From: Dehalococcoidia bacterium
GTDB lineage: Bacteria; Chloroflexota; Dehalococcoidia; Plut-88900
Length of the DNA stretch: 64,000 bases
Assembly: GCA_965207225.1 (NCBI GenBank)
Contig: CBDBLV010000001.1
Span: 32,001-96,000, forward strand
Direction: 5' to 3'
Numbering within the stretch: the stretch's first letter is position 1; each line of letters opens with the position of its first letter. Both the position numbers and the translations under genes were made by a program. Below the pieces are notes generated by a model. The model saw nothing but the letters and a program-made list of their open reading frames with translations, was not told the origin of the DNA and made no database searches. Positions 28,948 through 41,904 of this stretch are shown here, piece after piece.

Positions 28948-29031
28948 TCTCCTCCTGCTGTCTCCCCTGTCATCCCGATGCCCCGCGAGGGATCTGGGGC
29001 GGGATCCCATCCCCTCTCCCTCCTTCCTCCC

Positions 29032-29055
29032 GTAGGGGCGACCGGCTGGTCGCCC
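29032..29055 (+). repeat. GTAG-type REP GTAGGGGCGACC...GGTCGCCC (representative copy)
   Basis: Copies at 29032, 31807, 34847, 57863 and 58987. GTAG plus a hairpin is the RAYT-associated REP pattern. Confidence 0.75.
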
Positions 29056-29152
29056 TCCCCGCAGTGGTCCCGCTCATCGTGAGCGGAGTCGAAGGGTCGA
29101 GCGGAGGGGTGGCCCACGTACACAACCTACCGAGATCCCCGGAGGCCCCTGA

Positions 29153-30460
29153 ATGTCCCTGACTGAAACCCAAACCGTCCCATCCATCGCCGACCAGACC
29201 TACCAAAAGACCACCCTGGACTCCGGCCTGCGGGTCATCACCTGCAACATGCCCCACACCCGATCCGCCACCATGGCCATCCTCGTCGGCACCGGCTCCC
29301 GATACGAGGACGAAGCCCAGGCCGGCATCTCCCACTTCATCGAGCACATCTGCTTCAAGGGCACCGAGAAGCGGCCCCTCCCCCAACAGATCTCCGAGAC
29401 CGTCGAGGGTGTCGGAGGCGCACTCAACGGCTCCACCGACCAGGAGATCACGACCTACTGGGCCAGGGTCGCCCTCCCCCACTTCCCCCAGGCCCTCGAC
29501 CTCCTCGTCGACATGCTCCGCAATTCCCGCTTCGACCCCGAGGACATCGAAAAAGAGCGCCGCGTCATCCTCGAAGAGCTCAACATGGTCAAGGACGCCC
29601 CCAACCAGTGGATCGAAGTCCTCCTTGACCAGCTCGTCTGGCCCGACCACCCCCTCGGCCGCGACATCGGCGGCACCCGGGACTCCATCAACGCCATCAC
29701 CCGCAACCAGCTCCTCGACTACTTCCACGCCCACTACTCCCCCGGCAACACCGTCGTATCCGTCGCCGGTGCAATAGACCACGACGAAGTCGTCGACGCC
29801 CTCGCCTCCCGCCTCGACGACTGGCTCCCGACCGAACCTCGCACCTTCGCCCCCGCACCCGGGCCCCAGGACTCGGCCCGTATGGACCTTGAGTACCGCA
29901 AGATAGAACAGGTCCACCTCAACCTCGCCGTCCGGGGCCTCCCCGTCACCCACCCCGACCGCTACGCCCTCGACCTCCTCAACGTCGTCCTCGGCGATGG
30001 CATGAGCAGCCGACTCTTCGTGGAGCTGCGGGAAAACCGGGGCCTCGCCTACAGCGTCTTCAGCTACAACAACCACTACATCGACTGCGGCGCCCTCTGC
30101 GTAGCCGCCGGCACCGACCCCTCCCGCACCTCCGAAACCCTCGGCGGCATTATGAATGAGCTTCAGAAAATCAAGGACGGCATCACCGAGGCCGAGCTCG
30201 AAAAGTCCAAGGAGCTGGTCAAGGGCCGGCTCCTTCTCCGCACCGAGGACACCCGCAGCGTCGCCGGCTGGTACGGCGCCCAGGAGATCATCACCGGCCA
30301 GGTCCTCATGGTCGACGACGTAGTCCAGCGAGTAGACGCCGTCACCCTCGAAGACACCCGACGCGTAGCCCAGACCCTCCTCACCACAGACAACCTCAAC
30401 CTCGCCGTAGTCGGTCCCACCAGAGCCCGCAAGGGCCTCCAGTCCCTTCTGAAGCTCTAG
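29153..30460 (+). CDS. M16 family zinc peptidase
   Basis: GISHFIEHICFKGT (HxxEH), GMSSRLFVELRENRGLAYSV. Confidence 0.93.
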   Translation: MSLTETQTVPSIADQTYQKTTLDSGLRVITCNMPHTRSATMAILVGTGSRYEDEAQAGISHFIEHICFKGTEKRPLPQQISETVEGVGGALNGSTDQEITTYWARVALPHFPQALDLLVDMLRNSRFDPEDIEKERRVILEELNMVKDAPNQWIEVLLDQLVWPDHPLGRDIGGTRDSINAITRNQLLDYFHAHYSPGNTVVSVAGAIDHDEVVDALASRLDDWLPTEPRTFAPAPGPQDSARMDLEYRKIEQVHLNLAVRGLPVTHPDRYALDLLNVVLGDGMSSRLFVELRENRGLAYSVFSYNNHYIDCGALCVAAGTDPSRTSETLGGIMNELQKIKDGITEAELEKSKELVKGRLLLRTEDTRSVAGWYGAQEIITGQVLMVDDVVQRVDAVTLEDTRRVAQTLLTTDNLNLAVVGPTRARKGLQSLLKL

Positions 30461-31612
30461 CTACAACCCATAAAACCCCATCGGGTTGTCCCACAGCACC
30501 TTCCTCTTCGTCTCCTCGGATATCGACTCCAGCGCCAGGAACTCCTCCGTCGCGTGCGGGTACCCGGCGTCCGGGTGCGGGTAGTCCGACGCCCATAGTA
30601 GCCGGTCGTTCCCGTACATCTCCACGTAGTACTTCACCCCCGGCTCATCCCCCTCCATCGACACGTAGCACTGCTCCATGAAGTACTCGCTGGGCTTCTT
30701 CTTCAGCCACGGCACCTCGTGCCAGCCCCACGCCTCCAGCTCCTCGTCCAGCCTCCACAGCCAGTAGACCAGCCAGCTGCACCCGCACTCCAGGAACGCC
30801 ACCCTCAGCTTCGGATGCCGCTCCAGCACACCCCCGACCACTATGCTCTCGCTCCCCAGCATCTGCTCCAGCGGGTGCGCCGCCATGTGCATCATCACCC
30901 AGTTCCCCAGGAACCGCTGGTCGGCCCCCGGCGGCCCGCCCGCCGTCCCCTCGTGTACCACCAGCGGGATGTCCAGCTCCTCCAGTGTCGAGTACAGCGG
31001 CTCATAGTAGGCGTCGTGCAGGTTCCGACCGTTTATCACGTTCGGCCGGATATACGCCGCTATCATCGAGTTCTCCTTCACCGCCCGACTGATCTCCACC
31101 ACCGACTCCTCAACCCCGTGTATCGGCGTAGCCGCGACTCCCTTCATCCGAGAGCTGTCAGCCGAGCAGAAGTCCGTCAGCCAGTCGTTGTACCCTTTGC
31201 ATATCGCTGCCGACAGCTTCGGGTCCAGCCCGCTGGTCTTCGGCGTCGGAAAGCTCAGTATCGTCGACGAAGGGTACATCGCCGCGATGTCTATCCCCTC
31301 AGTCTCCAGGGCCAGCATCTGCGACTTCGGCCCGAACCCGTCCGCCCGACCCTCGTCATACTTCGCCATCCCCTCGGCGAAGGACTTCCGGGACAACGCC
31401 GCGTTCGGTCGCATCTCGGGCGTGGGATAAATCCGCCCCGGCCCCGACAGCTGTGCTCCCTCCAGCGTCGACCCCGTGAAGTCCGGGAAACTCTCATCGG
31501 GAGGAATCGCCTTCGGCCCCCGGTCCCGGTACTCCGCCGGTATATATTCCACGAACTTCAGGTCCTCCATGATGTGCATATCCGCATCAAAAATCCTGTA
31601 CCCGTTCTTCAT
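30461..31612 (-). CDS. Amidohydrolase_2 family protein
   Basis: DADMH, YNDWL, GGVLERHPKLRVAFLECG, WASDYPHPD. Confidence 0.9.
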   Translation of the reverse strand: MKNGYRIFDADMHIMEDLKFVEYIPAEYRDRGPKAIPPDESFPDFTGSTLEGAQLSGPGRIYPTPEMRPNAALSRKSFAEGMAKYDEGRADGFGPKSQMLALETEGIDIAAMYPSSTILSFPTPKTSGLDPKLSAAICKGYNDWLTDFCSADSSRMKGVAATPIHGVEESVVEISRAVKENSMIAAYIRPNVINGRNLHDAYYEPLYSTLEELDIPLVVHEGTAGGPPGADQRFLGNWVMMHMAAHPLEQMLGSESIVVGGVLERHPKLRVAFLECGCSWLVYWLWRLDEELEAWGWHEVPWLKKKPSEYFMEQCYVSMEGDEPGVKYYVEMYGNDRLLWASDYPHPDAGYPHATEEFLALESISEETKRKVLWDNPMGFYGL

Positions 31613-31889
31613 ACCTGCCCCCTGTTATTTCCTGGTATCTGCACCTGTGCCACCAGCCCCTCCCCCGTCCCCCTATAATATCCCACCTCCCATCATTGTC
31701 ATTCCGGCCTGCGAAGCGGAATCCACCCCTTCTAATTCGTCATTCCCGACCCCGATCGGGAATCCATCCCGAGGGACGGGGCCGGGTGTCCGGCTCCCTT
31801 TCCCCTGTAGGGGCGACCGGCGGGTCGCCCAGGGGCGGGGTTCTCACCACTGTACGCACACCAACAACAAGTGCTAATATAGGCACTTA

Positions 31890-32078
31890 ATGGAAGTCAG
31901 CAGGCGTAAGATCTTGCAAAGGTTGGAGCGCGAGGGCTGGTATTTGGCCCGACACGGCGGGAACCACGATATTTACAAGCACCCTGATCGCAAGGGCAGA
32001 ATCACCCTTCCGCGCCATAAGACTATTGCAATACCAGTTGCAGCAGACATTTCGAAGGTAGCAGGCTGGAATGAATAG
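31890..32078 (+). CDS. hicA: HicA toxin
   Basis: EGWYLARHGGNHDIYKHP..ITLPRH; upstream palindrome AAGTGC-N8-GCACTT (31869-31888). Confidence 0.9.
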   Translation: MEVSRRKILQRLEREGWYLARHGGNHDIYKHPDRKGRITLPRHKTIAIPVAADISKVAGWNE

Positions 32079-32088
32079 GAGCGCCATT

Positions 32089-32487
32089 ATGACCAATGAG
32101 ACACTCCGTTACCCCGCCCTTGTAGCCGGACGGGAAGGCGCGTATGGAGTCGTCTTCCCTGACCTGCCGGGTTGTGTTGCTATGGGCTACACCGTTGACG
32201 ACGCCCTGGTAAACGCCGAGGATGCCTTGCGTGACTATACCTTGGATGTAGAAGAAGACGGAGAAGTCCTGCCCGGTCCCAGCCTCTTCCAGTCGATTGA
32301 CGTTCCAAAGGGTAGCCAGCTAGTCTCCATACCCCTCCTAAGAATCTCGGGCCGCAAGGTCCGTGCAAACCTCACCCTGGACGAGGGCGTAGCCGCCTTC
32401 ATCGACAGCGAAGCCCGACGCCGCAAAATGACCCGCACCGCCTACATCACCTGGATGGCCCGGCGCATCGCCCAAATGGGCGGATAA
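32089..32487 (+). CDS. hicB: HicB antitoxin
   Basis: YGVVFPDLPGCVAMG..A..NAEDAL; C-terminal RHH. Confidence 0.9.
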   Translation: MTNETLRYPALVAGREGAYGVVFPDLPGCVAMGYTVDDALVNAEDALRDYTLDVEEDGEVLPGPSLFQSIDVPKGSQLVSIPLLRISGRKVRANLTLDEGVAAFIDSEARRRKMTRTAYITWMARRIAQMGG

Positions 32488-32583
32488 CCCACCCCCCTCC
32501 CAAATCAGTCATTGCATAGTTTGCATCGCGTATAAGCTTCAACCAAACACAGCTGAACTTTGAGGCAGAGAGGGTAATTCTAT

Positions 32584-34608
32584 TTGAGCTATGGACACGC
32601 GTCATCCGTAAGAGAGTTCATAAGCACTGCAGAAGACACCTTAATAGGTCGGTTAACCAGTGGTATTGCCTCTACCGGGGTGCCCAATCAAAGGACGGCT
32701 CAAATTGAAGCTTGGAGGCGGGAGATACGTCTCCTCAAAGAGCAACTAGCATCTCCGCAGTTCCAACACTGGCACATTATTCTGGAGTATGAGATACCTC
32801 GTCGCTCTCGCCGACCCGACGTAGTCCTCTTGAACTCTACGACGGTCTTTGTGATCGAGTTCAAGATGGGTGCGCGAGCCTTTGACTCCACTTCTCGCTG
32901 GCAAGCAACGTCCTACGCCCGAGATCTCCGGGATTTTCACGCAGAGTCCCACGACCGGAGAATCGTTCCCATGCTGTGCGCTACAGATGCCGAAACGGGC
33001 CTGTCCGGCTTTTCCGGCTTGGTGGAGAGCAATCCGGATGTCACCACCTTAGTTAAGACTAATGGAACAAATCTGGGCCAGCACCTTCTTAGTGTGCAGA
33101 GTGACGGTGACCATGCTCCAGCAGAATTTATAACTCCAAGGAGGTGGCTGAATTCTCCCTACCGTCCGACGCCCACGATAATCGAGGCTGCAACACTTCT
33201 CTACGATGGGCACGATGTTCGCGAATTGTCTCATAGGCATGCGCGCAACCTCGATCAAACTACACAGATGCTCTTCGAAGCCATCCAGGATGCTCAACGG
33301 AATAGCCGCCGAACAGTCTGCTTCGTCACGGGCATCCCAGGAGCCGGGAAGACCCTGACTGGTCTCAATGTCGTTCACGGCCAAGGAATGCGACACTCAT
33401 CCTCTCTCTCTGGAATATTTCTGTCCGGCAACGGACCGTTGGTTAAAGTGGTACGCGAGGCCTTAGTCCAGAATCAGGTCGGCAAAGGTCGTAAGCGGAA
33501 AGAATGTGAACATGAAGTCACTACTTTCATTCAAAACGTGCACAATTTCCTCCGATTTCACTTGGAACGGCCCGAAGAGCTTCCACATGAGAATGTAGTA
33601 ATTTTCGATGAGGCCCAACGGGCATGGGACAGTAAGCAGATGGCCCGCAAACGTGACGTAAACTCCTCGGAAGCTTCACTACTTTGCGAGGTAATGGAGC
33701 GTTTGCCTGACTGGACTGTAATCGTTGCTTTGGTGGGTGGCGGGCAAGAGATATTCCTAGGTGAGGCTGGATTGGAGGAATGGGGCCGAGCGCTCCAAGA
33801 TCGACCTGTTCCCTGGCAAGTGATTGCTTCCCCGGAAGTACTAATTGGTGGTGAGAGCGTAGCAGGGCACAAGTTGTTCGACGGTGCCATTCCCGCAAAC
33901 GTTGCATTTAAAGAAGAACCTCTAGCTCACCTTGATGTTGTGGTTAGGAATCACCGCGCTCAGCGTTGGATCGAGTGGGTCAACGAGTTTCTGTCACTTC
34001 GCTTCGATATCGCAAGAACGCACTTCCCCGTTACGGAAGATTTTCCGTGCTACGTAACTCGTGAACTGACGACGGCGCGTGCATGTTTGCGGATGCATCA
34101 TCGTCTTGACCCAATGGATAGGACTGGTCTGGTCGCAACATCTATGGACCTGAGATTGAGAGCCGATGGGCTTGAACGATCCAGCGGGTTTCGGTTGAAC
34201 TTTCCTTACGAAAAGTGGTTTTTGGAGCCAGGCCTAGACGTTCGTTCTAGCTACTCCTTGGAAGTGGCCGCATCGGAATTCGAATGTCAGGGACTGGAGT
34301 TGGACTGGGTTGGCTTGTGTTGGGGCCTCGACCTAACACCACTTGAATTGGGAGATGCATGGGACTATCGCAAATTCCGCGGCGCCCGTTGGCAAAATGT
34401 ACAAAATGAGGCCGAGCGCGATTTCACGCTCAACAGGTATCGGGTTCTGTTGACGCGAGCGCGAAAGGGCCTCGTGATATGGGTACCCAAGGGTGACCAT
34501 AGCGACCCTACCCGTGACCCCACACAATACGATCGTGTATATGATGCCCTGCGATGCGCAGGAGTACCGGATCTGCCCTCGGATCACTCCGATGGGTGGT
34601 CTCTCTGA
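32584..34608 (+). CDS. DUF2075 (Schlafen group 3-like) ATPase/helicase with N-terminal PD-(D/E)xK-like domain
   Basis: RRPDVVLL..VIEFK, Walker A GIPGAGKT, LSGNGPLV, FDEAQRAW, QGLELDW, YRVLLTRAR; lower GC. Confidence 0.85.
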   Translation: MSYGHASSVREFISTAEDTLIGRLTSGIASTGVPNQRTAQIEAWRREIRLLKEQLASPQFQHWHIILEYEIPRRSRRPDVVLLNSTTVFVIEFKMGARAFDSTSRWQATSYARDLRDFHAESHDRRIVPMLCATDAETGLSGFSGLVESNPDVTTLVKTNGTNLGQHLLSVQSDGDHAPAEFITPRRWLNSPYRPTPTIIEAATLLYDGHDVRELSHRHARNLDQTTQMLFEAIQDAQRNSRRTVCFVTGIPGAGKTLTGLNVVHGQGMRHSSSLSGIFLSGNGPLVKVVREALVQNQVGKGRKRKECEHEVTTFIQNVHNFLRFHLERPEELPHENVVIFDEAQRAWDSKQMARKRDVNSSEASLLCEVMERLPDWTVIVALVGGGQEIFLGEAGLEEWGRALQDRPVPWQVIASPEVLIGGESVAGHKLFDGAIPANVAFKEEPLAHLDVVVRNHRAQRWIEWVNEFLSLRFDIARTHFPVTEDFPCYVTRELTTARACLRMHHRLDPMDRTGLVATSMDLRLRADGLERSSGFRLNFPYEKWFLEPGLDVRSSYSLEVAASEFECQGLELDWVGLCWGLDLTPLELGDAWDYRKFRGARWQNVQNEAERDFTLNRYRVLLTRARKGLVIWVPKGDHSDPTRDPTQYDRVYDALRCAGVPDLPSDHSDGWSL

Positions 34609-34697
34609 AGTGATATGGCTCCCAACCCCTTAAAATATTCAATCATCTCCCCCGATTGCTGAGCTCCTGTAGTCCTACTCGTATCACAAACCCCCCT

Positions 34698-34819
34698 CCC
34701 CCCAGTACCAAACTAGAGGGAGACACCTGCGCCAGGGCGCAGGTGTCTCCCTCTGTTTTTTCCTCCCCCTCTCCCTTAATGGCCCTAAGGGAGAGGGGGA
34801 TCAAGGGGGTGAGGGTTCC
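34698..34819 (+). repeat. CAGTAC variable-hairpin repeat, copy F
   Basis: Hairpin GAGGGAGACACCTGCGCC-AG-GGCGCAGGTGTCTCCCTC; precedes non-coding unit 2. Confidence 0.85.
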
Positions 34820-34913
34820 TCAGTGGGGCCGGGGGCATCCCCTCCCGTAGGGGCGACCGGCTGGTCGCCCTGGGGCGGGGCACATCCCCTCCCCCCAAAT
34901 GTGACTTTGCCCC

Positions 34914-34942
34914 TTGACAGGCAAACATTTGAGCCTTATATT
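34914..34942 (+). promoter_or_regulatory. Sigma70-type promoter of non-coding unit 2
   Basis: TTGACA-N17-TATATT, followed by AAGGAGGAACCAAAAACCCAGGGAAGCCC. Confidence 0.65.
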
Positions 34943-35166
34943 TGTTCTAAGTCTAGACCCGACACCAACCTTAAGGAGGAACCAAAAACCCAGGGAAGCC
35001 CCCGAGACCCGACCCGAGGACTCAACGCCCTAGCCCATCCCAACGGCCCCGCGCAGGCCCGAGGCTCAAGCTGTCGTTACCCAAGATCTTTGAGCCAGGT
35101 TACCCACGAACATTGAGCCACCCTGAACGCCGATGATACGGATTATGACAGGATGCTATCGGCGGT

Positions 35167-35961
35167 TCAATCACCTCCCTTCTTGCCGAGGATTTTGGCC
35201 ACTTTGCCCAGTAGGGCGCGGTGAGGAGAGAGCCTCTCCCGGTAGCTGGTGCCCTCGATGACGATCTGGTAGCTGGTGTTGGCCAGACGGTCCAGGGCGC
35301 TGTTGCCCAGGATGGGATCGTTGAAGAGGCCGAGCCACTCCTCGATGGCGCGGTTGGAGGTGATGACGAAGCTGGAGGCCCGATGCTTGCCGACGATGAG
35401 CTGGTAGAGGTCCGATGACTGTTGTGCGTTGAGACGGTGCAGGCCCAGGTCGTCGAGGATGAGCAGGTCGGGGGAGAGGAAGGAGCGGAAGGCTTTGTCC
35501 ACCGAGTTGTCCACCCTGGCTTGGGACATGGCTTTGAAGAAGTCGTATGCGTGGATGAAGCGGACGGAGTATCCGGCTCTGACGGCGGCGTAGCCGAGGG
35601 CCTGGGCCAGGAAGCTCTTGCCGACGCCCGCCGGTCCCATGAGCAGGACGTGCTCGTGCCTGGGGATGAAGTCCAGGGAGAAGGCGGCGTCAAGGAGGCG
35701 GCGGTCCAGGGTGATTTCGGACGTCCAGTCGAAGTCCTCCAGGCGGCAGGTCTCCTCGAAGCCGGCCCGGTTCAGGCGGGTCTCGATGCGCCGGTTCTCC
35801 CTGCGGCTGACCTCGTCGGCTAGGATGATCTCCAGGAAGGCGGCATAGTCCAACTGGTCCCTTCGGGCCAGGGCGATGCGCTCGGGCAGGGTGTCCAGCA
35901 TGCCGCTGAGCTTGAGGGTCTTGAGCAGCGGGGCCAGATCGACGTTGCGGTTGCGGGTCAT
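35167..35961 (-). CDS. istB: IS21 helper ATPase IstB
   Basis: LEDFDW, GPAGVGKS, LLILDDLG, ITSN, LDRL, GTSYR. Confidence 0.95.
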   Translation of the reverse strand: MTRNRNVDLAPLLKTLKLSGMLDTLPERIALARRDQLDYAAFLEIILADEVSRRENRRIETRLNRAGFEETCRLEDFDWTSEITLDRRLLDAAFSLDFIPRHEHVLLMGPAGVGKSFLAQALGYAAVRAGYSVRFIHAYDFFKAMSQARVDNSVDKAFRSFLSPDLLILDDLGLHRLNAQQSSDLYQLIVGKHRASSFVITSNRAIEEWLGLFNDPILGNSALDRLANTSYQIVIEGTSYRERLSPHRALLGKVAKILGKKGGD

Positions 35962-37538
35962 AGCGTAACTCCTTCGGTTGGGTGATGGCCGTTGACCAGG
36001 GCGAAGACGGAGCCGGGCCTGGCGAAGCGCCCCGGCGGTATGAGGTCGGCAAGGGGCGGCGCATCCTGCTGCTCCAGGGCTTCAACCAGGATGCGCTCGA
36101 CGCGGTGCACGTCGATGAGGTCCACGTCCAAGGCCTTGCGGCAGGCGTCGTTCAGCCGGTCGGGGGTGTAGCGCTGGGCGAGGCGGAGCAGCTTGTGTCC
36201 CTGCCGCACCTTGGCCCAAGGCGTGGGGCCTTCGAAGAGCCGGTCGGCGAAGGCGGCCACCGCCTCTCCCAGCTCCGCCGCGCTCTGCTTGATCTTGTCG
36301 GGCCCTCGCAGGGTGTAGGCGATGAACTCCTTTGGGTAGTCGTCGGTGTCGGTGGAGCGTTTGCCCCTGGGCTGACGGGGATGGACCTTGATCAGCTTGC
36401 CCCGGTGGTAGATGCGCACCAGCTTGCTGTCCAGCGCGATCTCCACCTGCTGCCCCGGAGGGCACAGGGCCGACGGCACCGAGTAGAGGGCGTGCTGGCA
36501 GGTCACGTGGTGGTCGCGCTGCACCTTGGCGTTGCGCCAGCGGGTAACCTCGTAGGGATCGCCGTCCCAGGGCAGCAACGTCTGGCGCTCCTCTGTGTCG
36601 AAGACCTCCACGGGCTTGCGCCTGGTGGTGCCGTGCACCCGCTGTCCGGCCACCTCACGGCACCAGTGGAGCGCTTCCTTCCGCATGTGAGGCAGGTCCC
36701 TGAAGGAGGCTCCCTTGAAGAAGCGCTCTCTCACGTACTGGACTCCCCGCTCCACCTTGGGCTTATCCCTGGGGTGGCGCACCCGGGCCGGGTCGGTGAT
36801 GAAGCCCCGGCGCTGCGAGTACTCCAGGAAGCCCCTGGTCAGCCTGGGGTGCAGGGCGTCGGCCCCGGCCACCGCCGCCGGGAAGTTGTCGATGACCAGG
36901 TACTTGGGTATGCCGTCGAAGAAAGCCCAGGCCGCCTCCAGTCCGGCGACCACGTCCTCCAGCTTCTGCCCGTGGGTGGGCCAGACGAAGCTGTGCCGCG
37001 AGTAGGCCAGCACCACGATCAGCGCCCACACCGTCCGGCGGCGTCCCGTCTCCGGGTCCTCCAGCGGCCCCAGCCGACCGAAGTCCAGCTCCGCCACCTC
37101 GCCCGGAGGACTCTCCTCCATCCGCACCGTCCGAAGACTGCGGCCTCGCCAGTTGCGGCGGGCCACGAAGCGCTGTAACGACGAATAGGGCACATCGCAG
37201 CCCCGCTCCAAGAGCAACTCCCGGATGCGGGTCAGTTGCAGCCGGTCCCCGATGAGCCACTGCTGAATCTGGTCGGCCCAGGGGGACAGCCTCTCCTCTA
37301 TGGGCATCTTGGTCTGCCGCGGTCCCGCACGGCCGATGGCCGCCAGCTTGCTCAGCTGCTCCTCGCTGGGACCCGGTCCGTCCCGGGACAGCCCCAACCT
37401 CTCCGCCGAGGAGATGTATTTGACCACCGTGTTCCGGGACAGGCCCGTCCCAGTCGCTATGTGGCGCTGGCTCTCTCCAGCCTGCCAGCGCCGGATGACT
37501 TCTTCTATCTCCACTCTGAGTACCTCCTTGTAGGCCAT
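35958..37538 (-). CDS. istA: IS21 transposase IstA
   Basis: N-terminal HTH, AELDFG, LVIDN, PRDKPKVER, HGTT, YSVP. Confidence 0.95.
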   Translation of the reverse strand: MAYKEVLRVEIEEVIRRWQAGESQRHIATGTGLSRNTVVKYISSAERLGLSRDGPGPSEEQLSKLAAIGRAGPRQTKMPIEERLSPWADQIQQWLIGDRLQLTRIRELLLERGCDVPYSSLQRFVARRNWRGRSLRTVRMEESPPGEVAELDFGRLGPLEDPETGRRRTVWALIVVLAYSRHSFVWPTHGQKLEDVVAGLEAAWAFFDGIPKYLVIDNFPAAVAGADALHPRLTRGFLEYSQRRGFITDPARVRHPRDKPKVERGVQYVRERFFKGASFRDLPHMRKEALHWCREVAGQRVHGTTRRKPVEVFDTEERQTLLPWDGDPYEVTRWRNAKVQRDHHVTCQHALYSVPSALCPPGQQVEIALDSKLVRIYHRGKLIKVHPRQPRGKRSTDTDDYPKEFIAYTLRGPDKIKQSAAELGEAVAAFADRLFEGPTPWAKVRQGHKLLRLAQRYTPDRLNDACRKALDVDLIDVHRVERILVEALEQQDAPPLADLIPPGRFARPGSVFALVNGHHPTEGVTL

Positions 37539-37661
37539 CGCGGCACCTCCTTATCAAGTGCTGCAATGGTCTAAGCTGGGGCGCTCAGGGTGGCTCAAAG
37601 ACCCTGGTTATCTGGCTCAATGTTAGTGGGTATTGTGGCTCAATGTTCCTGGGTATTGACA

Positions 37662-38085
37662 AAGCCGAAGGTGTTATCTCCTCAACACGGGTCCCGTGCC
37701 CCTTCCCTGCCCCCCAGGCGATGGAAAGACGTTCTGGCCTAAGCTGTTCCCGTCAGGCCTAACCCCGCAGAAGCGGGCCCAGGCCTTGCCCCAGGCGCGT
37801 TGGTGGCGCGCCAAGTGGGCCGGCGTCGATATGGCGTCCGGCGGCAGTAACCTTCCGTTCCTGCTCACCACAGGAGCAGGTATGGCCGTAACCTGATTGA
37901 ACACGGCTGATAGAATTTCATTCCTACGGCCCCTGGGCCGGTGCGCCTCTCCCCTGGGCGCATGTCTAAAATCTGCCCGAATGGGAACAGGGGCACAGCC
38001 TCCGGCCAGCGTCTTCCATCGCCGACCCAAAACCCGACAAACAGAACGAAAACCGGAAACCCCACAACCGAATAGAGACCCGGCC
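37662..38085 (+). ncRNA. Putative structured ncRNA unit 2, 3' part (5' part about 34948-35071; split by IS21)
   Basis: CACGGGTCCCGTG at 37686; closing IR GGCGATGGAAAGACGTTCTGGCC (37717) / GGCCAGCGTCTTCCATCGCC (38004-38023); A/C-rich tail. Confidence 0.5.
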
Positions 38086-38181
38086 TGCCGGGCAGACCCC
38101 CACCCTTCCCCCTCCCCCCGACCCGGTGATAAAATCACCTTTGGCCCTCGGTACTCCCTTTAGCTAAGGTGTCTGCCTCTC

Positions 38182-41079
<2,898 letters not shown>

Positions 41080-41280
41080 ACCTTCCCGGGGGATGGGCCG
41101 ATCACCCTGAGCGGAGTCGAAGGGTCGAGCGGGGGGTAGTCCAAGAAAGCCGGACCGCCGCGACCTTCCCACAAATCCACTCTTCACCCCCCTTGACAGC
41201 GGTATTAATGATGATAAACTAATTTATATCACAAACTATATTGGCATCTGAAGACCGGAAAAAACACAAGGAGGCTCACC

Positions 41281-41904
41281 ATGCAAGACGTCAAACGTGA
41301 ACTCACCCCCGAGGAAAGCTGGAACGCAATCCACGCCACCTTCGACCGGGCCCGGGCCTCCATGTACATCGCAGGAATTACCAACATCCTGCTCTACAGC
41401 GGCGCCCTCGTAGCCCTCGCTTTCTTCACCCACTACGCCATCGAGACCTTCGCCCCCAACTTCGCCTCTGAGCACCCCTGGTATCCCGGAATCGTCTGGG
41501 GAGTCATGGGCGCCCTCGCAATGATCGGCAACTCCATAATCGGCCACAGCGCCGGCAAGAAACTGTCGCAAGGTGATGCCGCCCGCAACGCCGGCATCCG
41601 CATCTTCGCCTTCTGGATGACCGTCGTGGCTGCCTGTTTCCTGATCCCTGCCGCAGCCGGCATGTGGAACTCCGACTCCGGAGAAATGATTCCCGGTGTC
41701 ACCGTGGGCGTAATAGCCCTCGGGTACATCCTCTTCGGCATCCTGTTCCGGCCCATGCTGGTCGCGGTTGGCGCAGGTCTCGCAGCCTCTTACTACCTTC
41801 CCGCACATTACGCTGGCGACAACGCCCTGGCTTTTCAGGGAGCGGCCACCCTTGCAGTATGTGTCCTGGGAGCCTTGTGGCTTCGAAGGAGCAGCGCCTC
41901 GTGA
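41281..41904 (+). CDS. Hypothetical integral membrane protein
   Basis: About six hydrophobic helices; SD AAGGAGG; upstream TTGACA..TAAACT; stop overlaps the next gene. Confidence 0.75.
   Translation: MQDVKRELTPEESWNAIHATFDRARASMYIAGITNILLYSGALVALAFFTHYAIETFAPNFASEHPWYPGIVWGVMGALAMIGNSIIGHSAGKKLSQGDAARNAGIRIFAFWMTVVAACFLIPAAAGMWNSDSGEMIPGVTVGVIALGYILFGILFRPMLVAVGAGLAASYYLPAHYAGDNALAFQGAATLAVCVLGALWLRRSSAS

Larger units (their letters stand above)
35072..37661 (-). mobile_element. IS21-family insertion sequence with 4-bp TSD (AAGC)
   Basis: Ends TGTC...GACA with repeated TTGAGCCA/TGGCTCAA sites; AAGC at 35068-35071 and 37662-37665. Confidence 0.92.
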
